Positions 13,959 through 26,491 of a DNA stretch of 64,000 nucleotides are shown here, one piece after another. The translations under genes were made by a program, and so were the position numbers. Positions within the stretch are counted from its first letter, which is position 1; the number at the start of each line of letters is the position of its first letter. Source of the stretch: Octopus sinensis. Taxonomy: Eukaryota. The DNA lies in contig NC_043002.1 of assembly GCF_006345805.1 (NCBI RefSeq), positions 24,304,001-24,368,000 on the forward strand, written 5' to 3'. The notes beneath the pieces were generated by a model. That model made no database searches. It saw only the letters and a list, made by a program, of their open reading frames with translations, and had not been told where the DNA came from.

Positions 13959-15298
13959 TCATCATCATCGTTTAACGTCCGTTCTCCATGCTAGCATGGG
14001 TTGGACGGTTCGACCGGGGATCTGGGAAGCCAGAAGGCTGCACCAGGCTCCAGTCTTATCTGGCAATGTTTCTACAGCTGGATGCCCTTCCTAACGCCAA
14101 CCACTCCGTGAGTGTAGTGGGTGCTTTTTACGTGCCACCTGCACAGGCGCCAGGCGAGGCTGGCAACGGCCACGGTCGGATTGGTGTATTTTATGTGCCA
14201 CCGGCACGGAGGCCAGTCAAGGCGGCGCTGGCATCGGCCACGAGTTGGATAGTGCTTTTTACGTACCACCAGACCAGGGATCCTGGCTGGTTCAATTCGA
14301 TTTCACTTTCGCTTGCCCCAACATGTCTTTGCAAGAAAAGGGGGTTGGCATGGGTGTCTGTCGTCGGATGAGGTTCTATATCGACTTCGCTTGCCTCAAC
14401 AGGTCTTTGTGTCCAAGGGAGGAAAGGCATTCATAAGTGGGCTGGGCTCACTTGTCCTGCCTGGTCTTCTCACGTACAGCATATTTCCAGAGGTCTCGGT
14501 CGCTGGTCATTTCCTCAGTGAGGCCTAAAGTTCGAAGGTCGTGCTTCACCACCTCATCCCAGGTTTTCCTGGGTCTACCTCTTCCACGGGCTCCCTCAAC
14601 TGCTAGGGATTGGCACTTTCTCACACACCTATCTTCATCCATTCTCGCCACATGACCATACCAGTGCAATCGTCTCTCTTGCACACCACAACTGATGCTT
14701 CTTAGGTACAACATTTCTCTCAAGGTACTAATGCTCTGTCGAGTAAGTACACTGACATTACACATCCATCGGAACATACTGGCTTCATTCCTCATGAGCT
14801 TACGCATGTCCTCAGCAGTCACGGCCCATGTTTCACTGCCATGTAGCATGGCTGTTCGTACACATGCATCATACAGTCTGCCTTTTACTCTGAGCGAGAG
14901 GCCTTTAGTCACCAGCAGAGGTAAGAGCTCCCTAAACTTTGCCCAGGCTATTCTTATTCTAGCAGTTACACTTTCAGTGCACCCACCCCCACTACTGACT
15001 TGGTCACCTTGATAACAGAAGCTATCAACTACTTCTAGTTTTTCCCCCTGGAAAGTGACGGAAGTTGTTTTCTGCAGATTTTCGGAGGTTAATGCTCCCG
15101 AGCATCTGCCACATACAAAAACTATCTTCCCAGTTAGCCTACCTTTGACATTGCTGCACCTCTTATGTGTCCATAGCTTACACTGGGTACATCTTATAGA
15201 GTTTCTACCTACACCTTTTCTACAGATCGAGCAGGGCCATTTTCCTGAAGACATTTGTGGATTGTCTACCTTCCTACTTATTAGTACTTTGGTTTTAG
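13959..15298 (-). mobile_element. 5'-truncated RTE-clade LINE with open ORF end
   Basis: ORF 14448-15320: KTKV, C4HC3 finger, LEVVDSF, MLHGSETW, WYGHVARM, GRGRPRKTW; 3' UTR and (GAT)n tail. Confidence 0.93.
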
Positions 15299-15445
15299 AG
15301 GGAAACCACCATGTGGACACCCATATGCTAGAAATAGATCCACTACGGTCTCACCACCAAGAAATGTTCTCAAGAAAAATTTAGCAAAACAACCAAAACG
15401 TAATCAAGCAAGACAAAAGAAAAAGTAATAAAAATATGGATTATT

Positions 15446-15515
15446 CATATACATGTTTCACTATCAACAAATTACGTAATCTTACTTACGTAATTGTCCA
15501 TAGATCATTGGTACG
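15446..15515 (-). ncRNA. Degenerate hammerhead ribozyme-like motif with a long stem II
   Basis: Minus strand CGTA-CCAATGA (two mismatches to CTGATGA), stem II containing the perfect pair AATTACGTAA/TTACGTAATT, then GAAAC-AT-GTA-TATG. Confidence 0.5.
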
Positions 15516-15579
15516 ACTGTCCAAGGTGAATATAATTTGCAGGACTGCTACTAGTCAGACTTGTAAAACAGTCCTACCC

Positions 15580-15625
<46 letters not shown>

Positions 15626-16142
15626 CCTGCACATATACGGAGACCTCTTGAAAGTAAATAGAGACCAGCATTTTTGAAAGATTTATTTCTAGAAACAAAA
15701 TAATGTCATTTGATACATTTTAAATACGTAATCTAGTATTTTAGTAGATCTGGCTTGTGCAATTTTGCTATGATTTAACCCATTTGGGTATCAAACTAAT
15801 GAATAATGTCCTCACAGACAAAATGGTATAATTTATAAGTATCTATTTACTTTTGAGTTGTGTGTGTATACACATATGATTGTACACATATACAGTGGTG
15901 TTACTTAATTTATATACAAAAAAACACTGATAATTAAATGCTAATTATTTTTATTTCTGTCTACTTAATCACTTTGGATTCATATATAAACTATATGAAT
16001 AGAAATAGAATTTTTTTTACATTTTTAAATGATGGAAGTTTAAATGAAAAATTTTTAATTAACCTACTCAGTCATTAATACATCAATAACATCACAAACA
16101 TGAATCCCATTTAATTCATGAACTGTTGAAATATGATATATA

Positions 16143-16378
16143 TGTTTCTTTATTGCCCACAAAGGGCTAAACATAGAGGGGACAAACAAGGACAGACAAA
16201 CGAATTAAGTCGATTATATCGACCCCAGTGCGTAACTGGTACTTATTTAATCGACCCCGAAAGGATGAAAGGCAAAGTTGACCTCGGCGGAATTTGAGCT
16301 CAGAACATAACGGCAGACGAAATATGGCTATGCATTTCGCCCGGCGTGCTAACGATTCTGCCAGCTCGCTGCCTTATA
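16143..16378 (-). mobile_element. tRNA-derived SINE, full length, same family as 4366
   Basis: Reverse-complement match to the 4366 copy; 16-bp TSD TGAAATATGATATATA (16127-16142, 16379-16394). Confidence 0.88.
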
Positions 16379-16991
16379 TGAAATATGATATATACTCTTT
16401 TCAATAAATTGGAATGTGTGCATTAAGAAGCAAAAGGAATAAAATTACATCTTGCTAATATTTGGTCAGGTACCTGAAATTTCACAAAATAGATTTGTAT
16501 CTATGGCAATTGAATCTATAAGCTTAATCACATTATCTGAAATTATTTCTCATATTTTGGCAATATAGTCAGATAATTCATTCAATTTCCAAATATTGAA
16601 ATTTAAAATATTTTTTCTAAATTTTTTGTATCATAAGTAATGTTAATTTTTGTGGCTTAAGCTAATTCAAATTTTTGTGTTCAACTTACATAATTTAAAA
16701 GAGTAAGAGAATATTTTGTTATTCATATCACATGTAGTTTTCAGTCCTGTATAGTTTAGATAAATACTAAAGGTTTAATTATCAGTATAGTCTTGTCCTT
16801 AAACTAATTGATATCACTGTATAGTAAAGTAACCAACAAAGGAAGGTCATAGATTTGTAAATATAAACACATGATGATAAAGATGACTATTATCATTATA
16901 TCATGTTGAGTATTTTTGATGACTGCTGTTGAAATGTATTTGATATTAAATGAAATAATCCTTATTTTTATTTCTCTATTTATGTTTATAG

Positions 16992-17032
16992 ACAATAGAT
17001 CTGTCCAAATTATCAGAGGAAGAACGATGGAG
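16992..17032 (+). CDS. RNF121: RNF121 coding exon 2 (TIDLSKLSEEERWR)
   Basis: Acceptor TTTATAG, donor AG|GTAAGA; resembles vertebrate RNF121 VDMSDLSPEEQWR; phase 0 to 2. Confidence 0.9.
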
Positions 17033-17732
17033 GTAAGAAAACAATTTTTTATTAATTTCTTACATTTTTTTTCTGGTTTTAGACATTAGATTGTGGTCAT
17101 ACCAGGACATCACCTTTATGGAGTAGAGTCAGTTATTTCAACTCTTGTACTTGTGAACTGATACTTATATTTATCAATCTCAGAAGGATGAATGACAAAG
17201 TTAATTTTGTGGGATTTGAGTTCAGAACATAAAAAGATGTGAATTGATTGAATCCCTCCCAAATATGCAACTTTATATTTTCTTGTAAATAAACACATGA
17301 ATGACTGGAAGAAAGAAAAACTTGATTTTTACTATGATATGAGACTGTTTAGTTTAAGTTTCATTTATGAAGGTTTATATTTAAACTTTTAGCAGAAAAA
17401 TTAAGTGGAAAAATGTTGAGTAAATATCAGAATAAAGAGGAAGGATGTTTCACATACAAACATGTATATTAATAGATGTACTGAAAGATGTGTGCAAAAA
17501 AATTCTCAGGGATTTGAAATTTTCCTCTTGGTTGGAGAAAGAAAACAAAAAAATTGTGACTAACAAATAGAAAGTAACATAATTTTGATAAATTAAGGAA
17601 GAAAAAAATCTGATCTTTGTTATCAGAAACGACAGTAACAGGAATGTTTCAGTCTTGGACTGTGTCAGCAAAGCATAGACAGCATTGATCTGTTTGATCA
17701 ATAAACATAGATTTTTGTTTTTCATCATTTAA

Positions 17733-17980
17733 TCATCGTTTAACGTCCGTTTTCCATGCTAGCATGGGTTGGACGGTTCAACTGGGGTCTGGGGAGCCAG
17801 TAGGCTGCGCCAGGCCCAGTCTGATCTGGCAGTGTTTCTACAGCTGGATGCCCTTCCTAACGCCAACCACTCCATGTGTGTAGTGGGTACTTTTTACGTG
17901 CCACCTGCACAGGTGCCAGACGAGGCTGGCAAACGGCCACGATCAGATGGTGCTTTTTACGTGCCACTGGCACGGGGGCC
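17733..17980 (-). mobile_element. Short RTE 3'-end copy; similar copies at about 19285-19395(+), 21731-21918(-), 27910-28088(-), 35814-36022(+), 40655-40972(+), 44772-44894(+)
   Basis: Shared CCATGCTAGCATGG and GGATGCCCTTCCTAACGCCAACCACTC blocks with (GAT)n tails. Confidence 0.85.
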
Positions 17981-19934
17981 AAAATAGAAAGACATACTGG
18001 ATAATGTAGTCCTAGATATACTGTGTCTGATTAAAAAGAAAATGAAGAAATGGAAGGATGAACAATCACATATTGAACACCTTTGATGATAGGCTTACTG
18101 AATCAGGGCTCACCTGGGGTGAAGCAACAACTATTTGTATTCCACTTAGACTACCACTAGTGATTTAATTTACCAATTAACATTAAGTGTTATTGTGACA
18201 GAAAAGATAAAATGTGATATTAAATTAGATCTGTTTATGTTCTTGATTGAAACAAATCTTGTTTTTGTTTTCATCTTTGCAGTGTTGATGACATGAGTGC
18301 TGGGGTTGATTCAATCCTTCTTGTCAAAATTAGTGTCCTTGTTGTTTTTTTGTCCCAGTTCAGCCCTTGTTAAGCAAATCTGTGATCAAACACATTCTAG
18401 CTGTGACTGTTCCCTTCCCCCACATATTTTTTTTTAGTGAGATATATGAGACTGTGTTGTCCAATGTGCATTTTAAGCTGGTAAAGTGTGATTTGAAAGA
18501 GATTTGGTCACACTATGTTTCCCTGACTGGCTCATGTGACTGTGTGCCAAAATTAGTAATTATTATTTAGCAGAGAGCTTAGTCAATTAGAAGGTTCTTT
18601 GATTTCTAACAGTAACACTTGTGACTAACAGCAACATTAGTGCCAAGTTGTATCGACCCTTATTACTTGCTTTCCCCATAGATAAACATCAGTAGTTTGG
18701 CGAGAGAAGACTTGCATGCATAAACAACTGCTTATCTTCTACAAAACAAAAAAAAAAGGAAAAGTATACCCAGGCCACACATACATGTACAGATTCGTGG
18801 CCAACATTGACTGATGGAGGCCTAACACGTCAATAATACTTCTGACAATTAACTGAGTATCTAGCAGTTCATATTTTGTCACAAGAATGATATTGTATCA
18901 AAAGCCAAATAACCTCACTTTTGGTACCTGAATCTATTAGACCCAAGTACATTTTGGTACTGGTGTTGCTTCATTCTTGATCAACCCTGATTGAGGAAGC
19001 TTATGATCAGAAATATTCCAGCCATTGACCTAACCATCGTTTTGTATATCAGGGATACTAGATTCTTCAGTGTATTCTGCCTTGTACTATAAGATAGTAT
19101 TCTTTACAGCTATGGTAGTACTAATGAGGTATTTATTAGCTTTTAGTTTTGGGTAGATTTCTTTTCAAAAACAGATGCTATCCATGATGGTCTTGTGTCT
19201 TATCTCAGGACAACTGTGTGTATATTTAGAAGTAATGTGTATGTATGTGTGTGTATAATACATACATATATATATATATAGAGATCAGACTGGGCCTGGT
19301 GCAGCCTTCTGGTTTCCCAGACCCCAGTTGAACTGTCCAACCCATGCCAGCATGGAAAGCAGATGCTAAACGACAACGATGATGATGGTGATGATATATA
19401 TTTATTTATTTATTTATCTATCTTTTTAATCATTTAGTCAGTGGGTAAAACAGCGTACCTTTGACCTTTTGCTGGGCCTCTAGCAGTGGTGAGAGACAAA
19501 AGGTATCCTCAAACCAGTGACCTGATCCAAGTGCTTGCAACAGAGTGAACTCTGCTAAAGGCACTGAAACAGCTGTGTTTATTTTAGCAGGTGTGATTGT
19601 TTAGCTGTTGTGTTCATATACAATGTACGATGTCTTTCAGAAAGACACCACTTAGATTTGAAACTCGAGTCAGATCATTCACTCTTTTCCTGCCCACGGA
19701 GAAATATATATACACATATATATTTACATAACTTTGGTTAAATCTTGTGCTATTTCAGTACAGCTACACATTTATCCTACAGCTTATCTATTTAATGCTC
19801 AGTTTAGTAATTAATTGAACAAGCTACTAGTTACATATTAGTATTATGCAAATTAGCATTGATACTACTAATATTTAGTGAGCTTATAATGCCATTAGTT
19901 GTTTCTTTCTTCGTGGACAGCATGAGATGTACAT

Positions 19935-19980
19935 GGTCTCTGAGGAAGACTCCAATTAGAGTCGAAACTCGAGTCAAACG
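19935..19980 (+). ncRNA. Minimal hammerhead ribozyme-like motif; a decayed sibling lies at 19631-19676
   Basis: GGTCT-CTGAGGA-A-GACTC-CAATTA-GAGTC-GAAAC-TCGA-GTC-AAACG; intact core, perfect 5-bp stem II, palindromic ACTCGAGT stem III, imperfect stem I. Confidence 0.75.
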
Positions 19981-20084
19981 TTCACTTTTTTTATGTCTAT
20001 AGAGAAATACAAAGACAGATGTTTATATTTATTACTACATTTAATATAAGTATACAACAATTGTATTCATATTTAGCCACTTGT

Positions 20085-20136
<52 letters not shown>

Positions 20137-20387
20137 ATGTATGTGTGTATATATGTGTGTGTATATGTGTGTATATATGTGTATATGTATGTATATGTGT
20201 GTATATATGTATATATATATATGTGTGTGTGTGTGTATATATATGTATGTATGTATATTGCCCTGTCCAACTCATGGAGAACAGATGTTAAAGGATGATG
20301 TTGTGTGTGCATGCATGCATGTGTGTGTGTACGTATGTATATGTATGTATATAAACATATGTATATGTGTGTGTGTGTGTGTGTATA

Positions 20388-21079
20388 CAGGGTGTGATGG
20401 GTAAATTGTCACCATTTTATATTTTTAATTTCACGCATGCACATTGTTTGTTTTTGATTTTGTAGACTACACCGTATAGTAGGGTCAGTTGGGCACCATC
20501 TGTGAGAAAAACACCATGACGCAATTCATTCTGCCAGAAATTTGGAAACATGCTGTACTGCTTGGCATTCACACCGGAATCTCCAATACAAACATTTCAG
20601 AGTGTTTGGGTGTCAATCTGAGGACATGTACCGAGAGTGATAAAAATCAAACATCCTATCAACATTATCAAGACAAGTAGGAGAACCCAGTCATGGCTGT
20701 CAGACAATTTCTCTGACCACATTACCCTAACATCTGGCCACCTAACTCTCCAGACTGCACCTCACTTGATTATTATGTGTGGAGCGCAGTTGAGTGAGAG
20801 ACCAACAAAACTCCTTGTAACACCAAAGATGAACTGAAAGCAAGGATTATGGCAGAATTCACCAGCTTAAACAAGGAGACTGTCCAGAAGAGTTGCAGGA
20901 GATTCTGAAGTTGTCTGAAGGCCGTGGTTGAAGCGAATGGCGATTTCATTGAATAAATTTACTCTTTAGTATTTCAAGATATTTTAATGTAATTTTGGTA
21001 AATATATCTGTTAAAATGAGTTGTCAGTGTTATTTTCATTTTTGCATAATTTAGATGACAGTTTATTCACCACACCCTG
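20388..21079 (+). mobile_element. Internally deleted Tc1/mariner element (maT/DD37D-like)
   Basis: TIRs CAGGGTGTG.../...CACACCCTG with TA flanks; transposase relic WPPNSPDC..LDYYVW and AVVEANGDFIE*. Confidence 0.82.
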
Positions 21080-21119
21080 TATATGTATATATGTATATAC
21101 ATATATACATATATATATC

Positions 21120-21720
21120 TCAAAAAAACTGGGGCCATCACCTTCCCTGCTGATGAAACAACCTTAGCCTTCTTTGGAGCAGATGAGGAGGGGTGTCAGA
21201 AAATGTGGCACCCACCAAGCAAAAACCTTTAATGCCAAGTTTATTGTGCAGAATATTCTCAACTCACACACAGAATATACTAATAGCATTGGCTATTCAA
21301 TTCATAGTCAATTACCTGTCATCCATTACCATGTAGCAAGCACAATCAATATTTTCCTCAGAGGTGGTAGTTGCAGGACGCCCAGACCTTGGGTCATCGT
21401 CAAGACTCTCTCTTTCTCTCCTAAATTAAGCTGCTCACTGTTGCACTGTTGATAAAACTGGAGTGTCATCCCCTAATTCAGCAACCATGTCAGCATGAAT
21501 GTCCTTAGGAGAGAAAATCTTTTTCTATGGCTCCTTGCTAAATTTTGTCCATTTTCTAGAGAAATCACTACTCATTACATTTGAAGTCTTGTTTAAACAG
21601 TGAAATGTCAGTTTACCTAGAAATAAACAATGCAGTTATTAAGAAGAAGAGTTGAAATGAATGCATGCAAAATTTCACCCCTTCATATTCAGCCTTTGAT
21701 CTTTTCAGCTCACCCTCATA
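21120..21720 (-). mobile_element. Decayed mariner 5' half
   Basis: Minus-strand end TATGAGGGTGAGCTGAAAAG is mariner-TIR-like; relic WVP motif near 21205. Confidence 0.55.
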
Positions 21721-21987
21721 TTTATGTCATATCATCATCATTGTCGTTTAACGTCCGCTTTCCATGACGGCATGGGTTGGATGGTTTGAGTGAGGACTGG
21801 CAAGCCAGAAGGGTGCACTAGGCTCCAAACTGAACTGACAAAGTTTCTACAGCTGAATGCCTTTCCTAATGCCAACCACTCCGAGAGTGTAGTGGGTGTT
21901 TTTTATGTGCCACCAGCACATATATATATGTGTAATATATGTTTATACATATAAATATATGTATGTTTATATATGTACATATATGTA

Positions 21988-22031
<44 letters not shown>

Positions 22032-22670
22032 GTGTGTGGGTGTTTGTTTGTGTGTGGGTGTTTGTTTGTGTGTGTGTGTATAATATATAATGTAGATATT
22101 ATACTCTAAACATTTAATAGAGTAAAATTTATTGATAATGTTGATTTGACTGGAACTTCAAGTTTTACCTGGTTGAATAAGATGTTAAAGGTAAAACTTG
22201 AAGTTTAATGACATAGATGCCAATTTAAAGAATGCCACAGTATTGAATAATAAATTAGTATTGCCAGTATATGTATGCATGCTTATGTGTGTATTTATGT
22301 GCATATGTGTATGTGTCTGTGTATAAAAATGTATGTGTATTATAAATACATTCTTGTAATTTAAGAATAGTTTTCATTACATTTAATATTCAACAGTGTT
22401 TTTTAGTAAATTCTCAATGTAATAATGAACAGTTTTGATGACATGAAGCCAGATTCCCAAAGTCAGGTTAAATGGCATTTTGCAGACAATGGGAAGAGAT
22501 TGACAGTTCTTAATTCATCACATTCTGTCATCTAAGGTTATCCTTGGTTTTCATGTTTCAATTAACATGTAGTTTGTAATGTCAGAGATTTAATGAAAAA
22601 AAGAAAATCCGTAAGCATCCTGACATTAAACCCTAAATTAATATCAGGCATTTTGTTTCTTCTGTCAAAG

Positions 22671-22812
22671 AATTGAACACCAGAGGCTACATGAAAAGCA
22701 CCGTGGCCATGAAGCAATGCACGCAGAGATGGTGCTTATCCTGTTGGTCACCCTTGGTATTGCACAGATCATCCTCATGCAGTGGAAGAAACGTCACTTC
22801 AAATCATATCAG
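22671..22812 (+). CDS. RNF121: RNF121 coding exon 3 (IEHQRLHEKHRGHEAMHAEMVLILLVTLGIAQIILMQWKKRHFKSYQ)
   Basis: HRGHEAMHAEMVLIL family motif; AG/GT boundaries (donor GTTATA); 142 nt, phase 2 to 0. Confidence 0.95.
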
Positions 22813-24580
22813 GTTATATCTTACTCTTCTCTCTTAACCATTTCCTTGCCATATTGCTAATGAAATATTTTGCTTATATGTTTTAATTAATTTTGAAAAT
22901 AACCAAGACATTGGCAAGATTTAGTAAAATAACATTTTCATCATTTAGTTTATTAATGGAAGGTTTTAGGAATATAATAGAAATGTGAACCGTTTTTTCA
23001 TCTGTAAACCAGAGGCAATCTTAGGTGAGGTGGAGATGGTATCAGAAAGGTTTTAATATTTCTTCTAGATTGCTTTCTTTACTTCCATTTCAAAAATTTT
23101 TTCTTTTAAATATTTAATATTACAGATCTATTGCTATTTATTCATATATTTTAGAATGTTTGTTTTTGTTTGTTCGTTGTTGTTTCCTTAGTCTGTCGAA
23201 AATAATTTCCACATTGTCTTGGATGGAGCCCTTAATCCTAATAGAGCACTTTGTGGTTGAAAAACCTGCTTAAAGTTTCAATTCATTGAAGACAAATTTA
23301 GCTATCAAAAGAAAAATAATGAGGAATAAATGATATTTCTTAGATATAAATATCATACTTAGAGAGAAAGAAAGACAGTAAGACAGACAGACAATTGATG
23401 ACTAGTGAAATGTCTGAATGATTTAGGTCCCATAGTATCTTGCTGTTTACAAGTTCTTAAACTTATTGGAGGCATTGAACTCTTGGGTTTGTAAACCTTC
23501 CTATATTACATGCTGAAGGCCACCTGCTTAATTAGCTAAATATTTTAACTATGTTTGATTTGGTTAACTATAATTTTGCCTTTTGTCTACAATAATCATT
23601 TCTTTTTCTTTTACTATAATACTGTGAATACTGTTTATATATGATAAATACTGTGTGTAACATAATCAATTCTGTGTTTTACTTTATAAATATTGTGACA
23701 TGTTAACTACTGTGTGGCATAATATTGTGTACAGCATGGTAAGTGTTGTATGTAACAAAACTTGTACCATGTGTGACATGACACATACCGTGACATTATA
23801 AACTCTTTGTTTGACTTTATATATACTGCATATGACATAAAAAATACTAAGTGGCGATAAGTATTGTGTAATAAATGCTGTGACAAGATACATATGTTTA
23901 ATTCTCTTTGTTTCTAAATCAACCTCTATGTCTGACTTTATTTCTGTTTCTGTTCTTTGTATGTACTTTTTGTCTAACATTCAGTATGTACTCTGTGTAT
24001 TTGCCCTCTAATATGTCGCCTGTTCTTCAATGTTCTGAGCCTGTGTGTCTTCTTTGCTTCTCCTCTCTATACTGTCCTCCACTATGGTCTCTTTGTATAC
24101 CTGGCCACCAGCATGCCTTCTCTGTCTGTCCATTCTCCACTGTGTCCTCTCCTTCTGTCTGTTCCGCTTACCCTGTTCTTTCTTGTCTAATCTTCTGTCA
24201 CATTAAATTAAAACTATTCCATCTAATCTCTTCTCACTGTCTCATCTTATTTCATCTAACATGGCCCCATCCTATCTAATCTGCTCTCAAATCACCTAGT
24301 TTTCCCATCCATTTCTAGTTTGTCCCTATTGTCTCTCAATTGTCTTCATCCCATCTAACATATCCTCATCTTATCTCACTTGTTTCCATCTTATTTAACT
24401 TCCTCCTAGTCTCTATTTCCTATTCCATTTATACTAATCTATTCCCCCACCCTTTTGACCATATATAATTTAATTTGCCCTGCTCTCTTATTTATTCCTG
24501 TCTGTTATGTTGTATCCAGTCTGTCTTGTCTTCACCTTGTCTATCCTAACCAGTGACTAATTTTTTTTATACCACTGTAG

Positions 24581-24735
24581 AGAGCCACCTTGATAGGAAT
24601 GTGGTTGATACCTGTGCTATTCTCCATCAAATACCATTGGGTCCGTTTCATTATCATCTGGTTGATTTTCTCCATCATCACAGCTTATGTGACCTTTCGA
24701 GCAACACGGAAACCTCTCACTGGTACAACACCCAG
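24581..24735 (+). CDS. RNF121: RNF121 coding exon 4 (RATLIGMWLIP...FRATRKPLTGTTPR), transmembrane helices
   Basis: TFRATRKPL..TTPR motif; CTGTAG acceptor, AG|GTACTG donor; 155 nt. Confidence 0.95.
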
Positions 24736-24959
24736 GTACTGTCACTTATTCAAAGAGCACAGTTCTCTTTCATTTCCTCACTTATACACACATTACAGAC
24801 ATAGCATATACTACCATTTAAGTACAGGAATTCTATATAAGATTACATGATATGACTAAGAAGACATTCAAAGTTTTTTATTTGATTTTAGATCACATAT
24901 TTTGTGAACAATTTCCCAATGAGATAATCAGTTTCTTTACATTTCTGGTTTCTGATAGT

Positions 24960-24998
<39 letters not shown>

Positions 24999-25668
24999 TG
25001 TGTGTGTGTGTGAGAGAGAGAGTTGGGTGGAATAAGTCTTTTCTGAAGTTTTATCATCTACCAAATTTCACTCACGAGCCATTAAATGAACTGAAGCTAT
25101 GGTAGAAGACATGAGATTGATCTCAGTGTGCAAGCATGGCTGTGTGGTTACAGTCATAGTTGCACCCTACACAGGAACTTTATGAAACTCAGGCTTGGTT
25201 GAAACTATGGTTCTTCAGTAACCAAACCAGAATTTCTCTGTAGTGTTTATGACCCCTAAATTATTCTAGAGTGAGAGATTTCTTACCTAGAATAAATCTG
25301 TAAGATCTCTAATTAGATAATGATATATTTTTTGGACATTAATTGCCAAATTTATGCCACTAGATTATTTATTTTAAATATTAACTGATATAAAAAATTT
25401 TGAGAGAACCTGCATAACTCAAATGACACTGAAGCTGATAAGATGTCACTAATTGAAATTTAAATCCTTCACTTGTTGATTGTAGCACACAGTTGGTAGG
25501 TGTTACATACTGCTTAGATTAACACCCTATCTGGTCCATGGATACACCCAGTGAAATACATGATATTACAAGCAGTGGCACCAGACACTCTCAGCTCAAA
25601 TTTTTTTTCCTGTGAACATATACCTGCTGATGTTCAGGCAGAATTCAACCATATCGATTTCATCACCC

Positions 25669-25707
<39 letters not shown>

Positions 25708-26200
25708 TCACAGAGAGAGAGAGAGAGGTCTTGTACATTTGTCTATTACATATAGTGTTGGCTAAGATATATCCTGTACAGCATGGCTGTATGCTTAAGA
25801 AGTTCACTTTGCAACCAGTCAGGCGGTACTGGCAATGACCTCGCTCAAATCTTTTTACATGTGCCACTGACACAGGTGCCAGTGAAGTGATGTTGGTAAA
25901 GATCATGCTCGAATGGTGCCCTTTTATGTGCCACGGGTACGGAAGCCAGTTGGCTGCTCTGGCAACGATCTCAACGATCACGCTCAGATGGTGTTCTTGG
26001 CACCCTACAAGCACAGGCATAAGTGCCAGTAAGGCGACGTTGGTTATACATAATGGGCATATGCACTTTACTATAAGAATGAATAAAATACTTTAATGAT
26101 CTAATGTTCTTAATCACTACACACACACACACACACACTAATAAACTCACACACAAACAATTATTTAAACAAATGTAACTTTTCATCTATTTTCTATTAA

Positions 26201-26491
<291 letters not shown>

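Noticed and set aside
12145-15384. Plus-strand ORFs over the LINE copies
   Set aside because: Antisense shadows of RTE/CR1 coding and UTR sequence.
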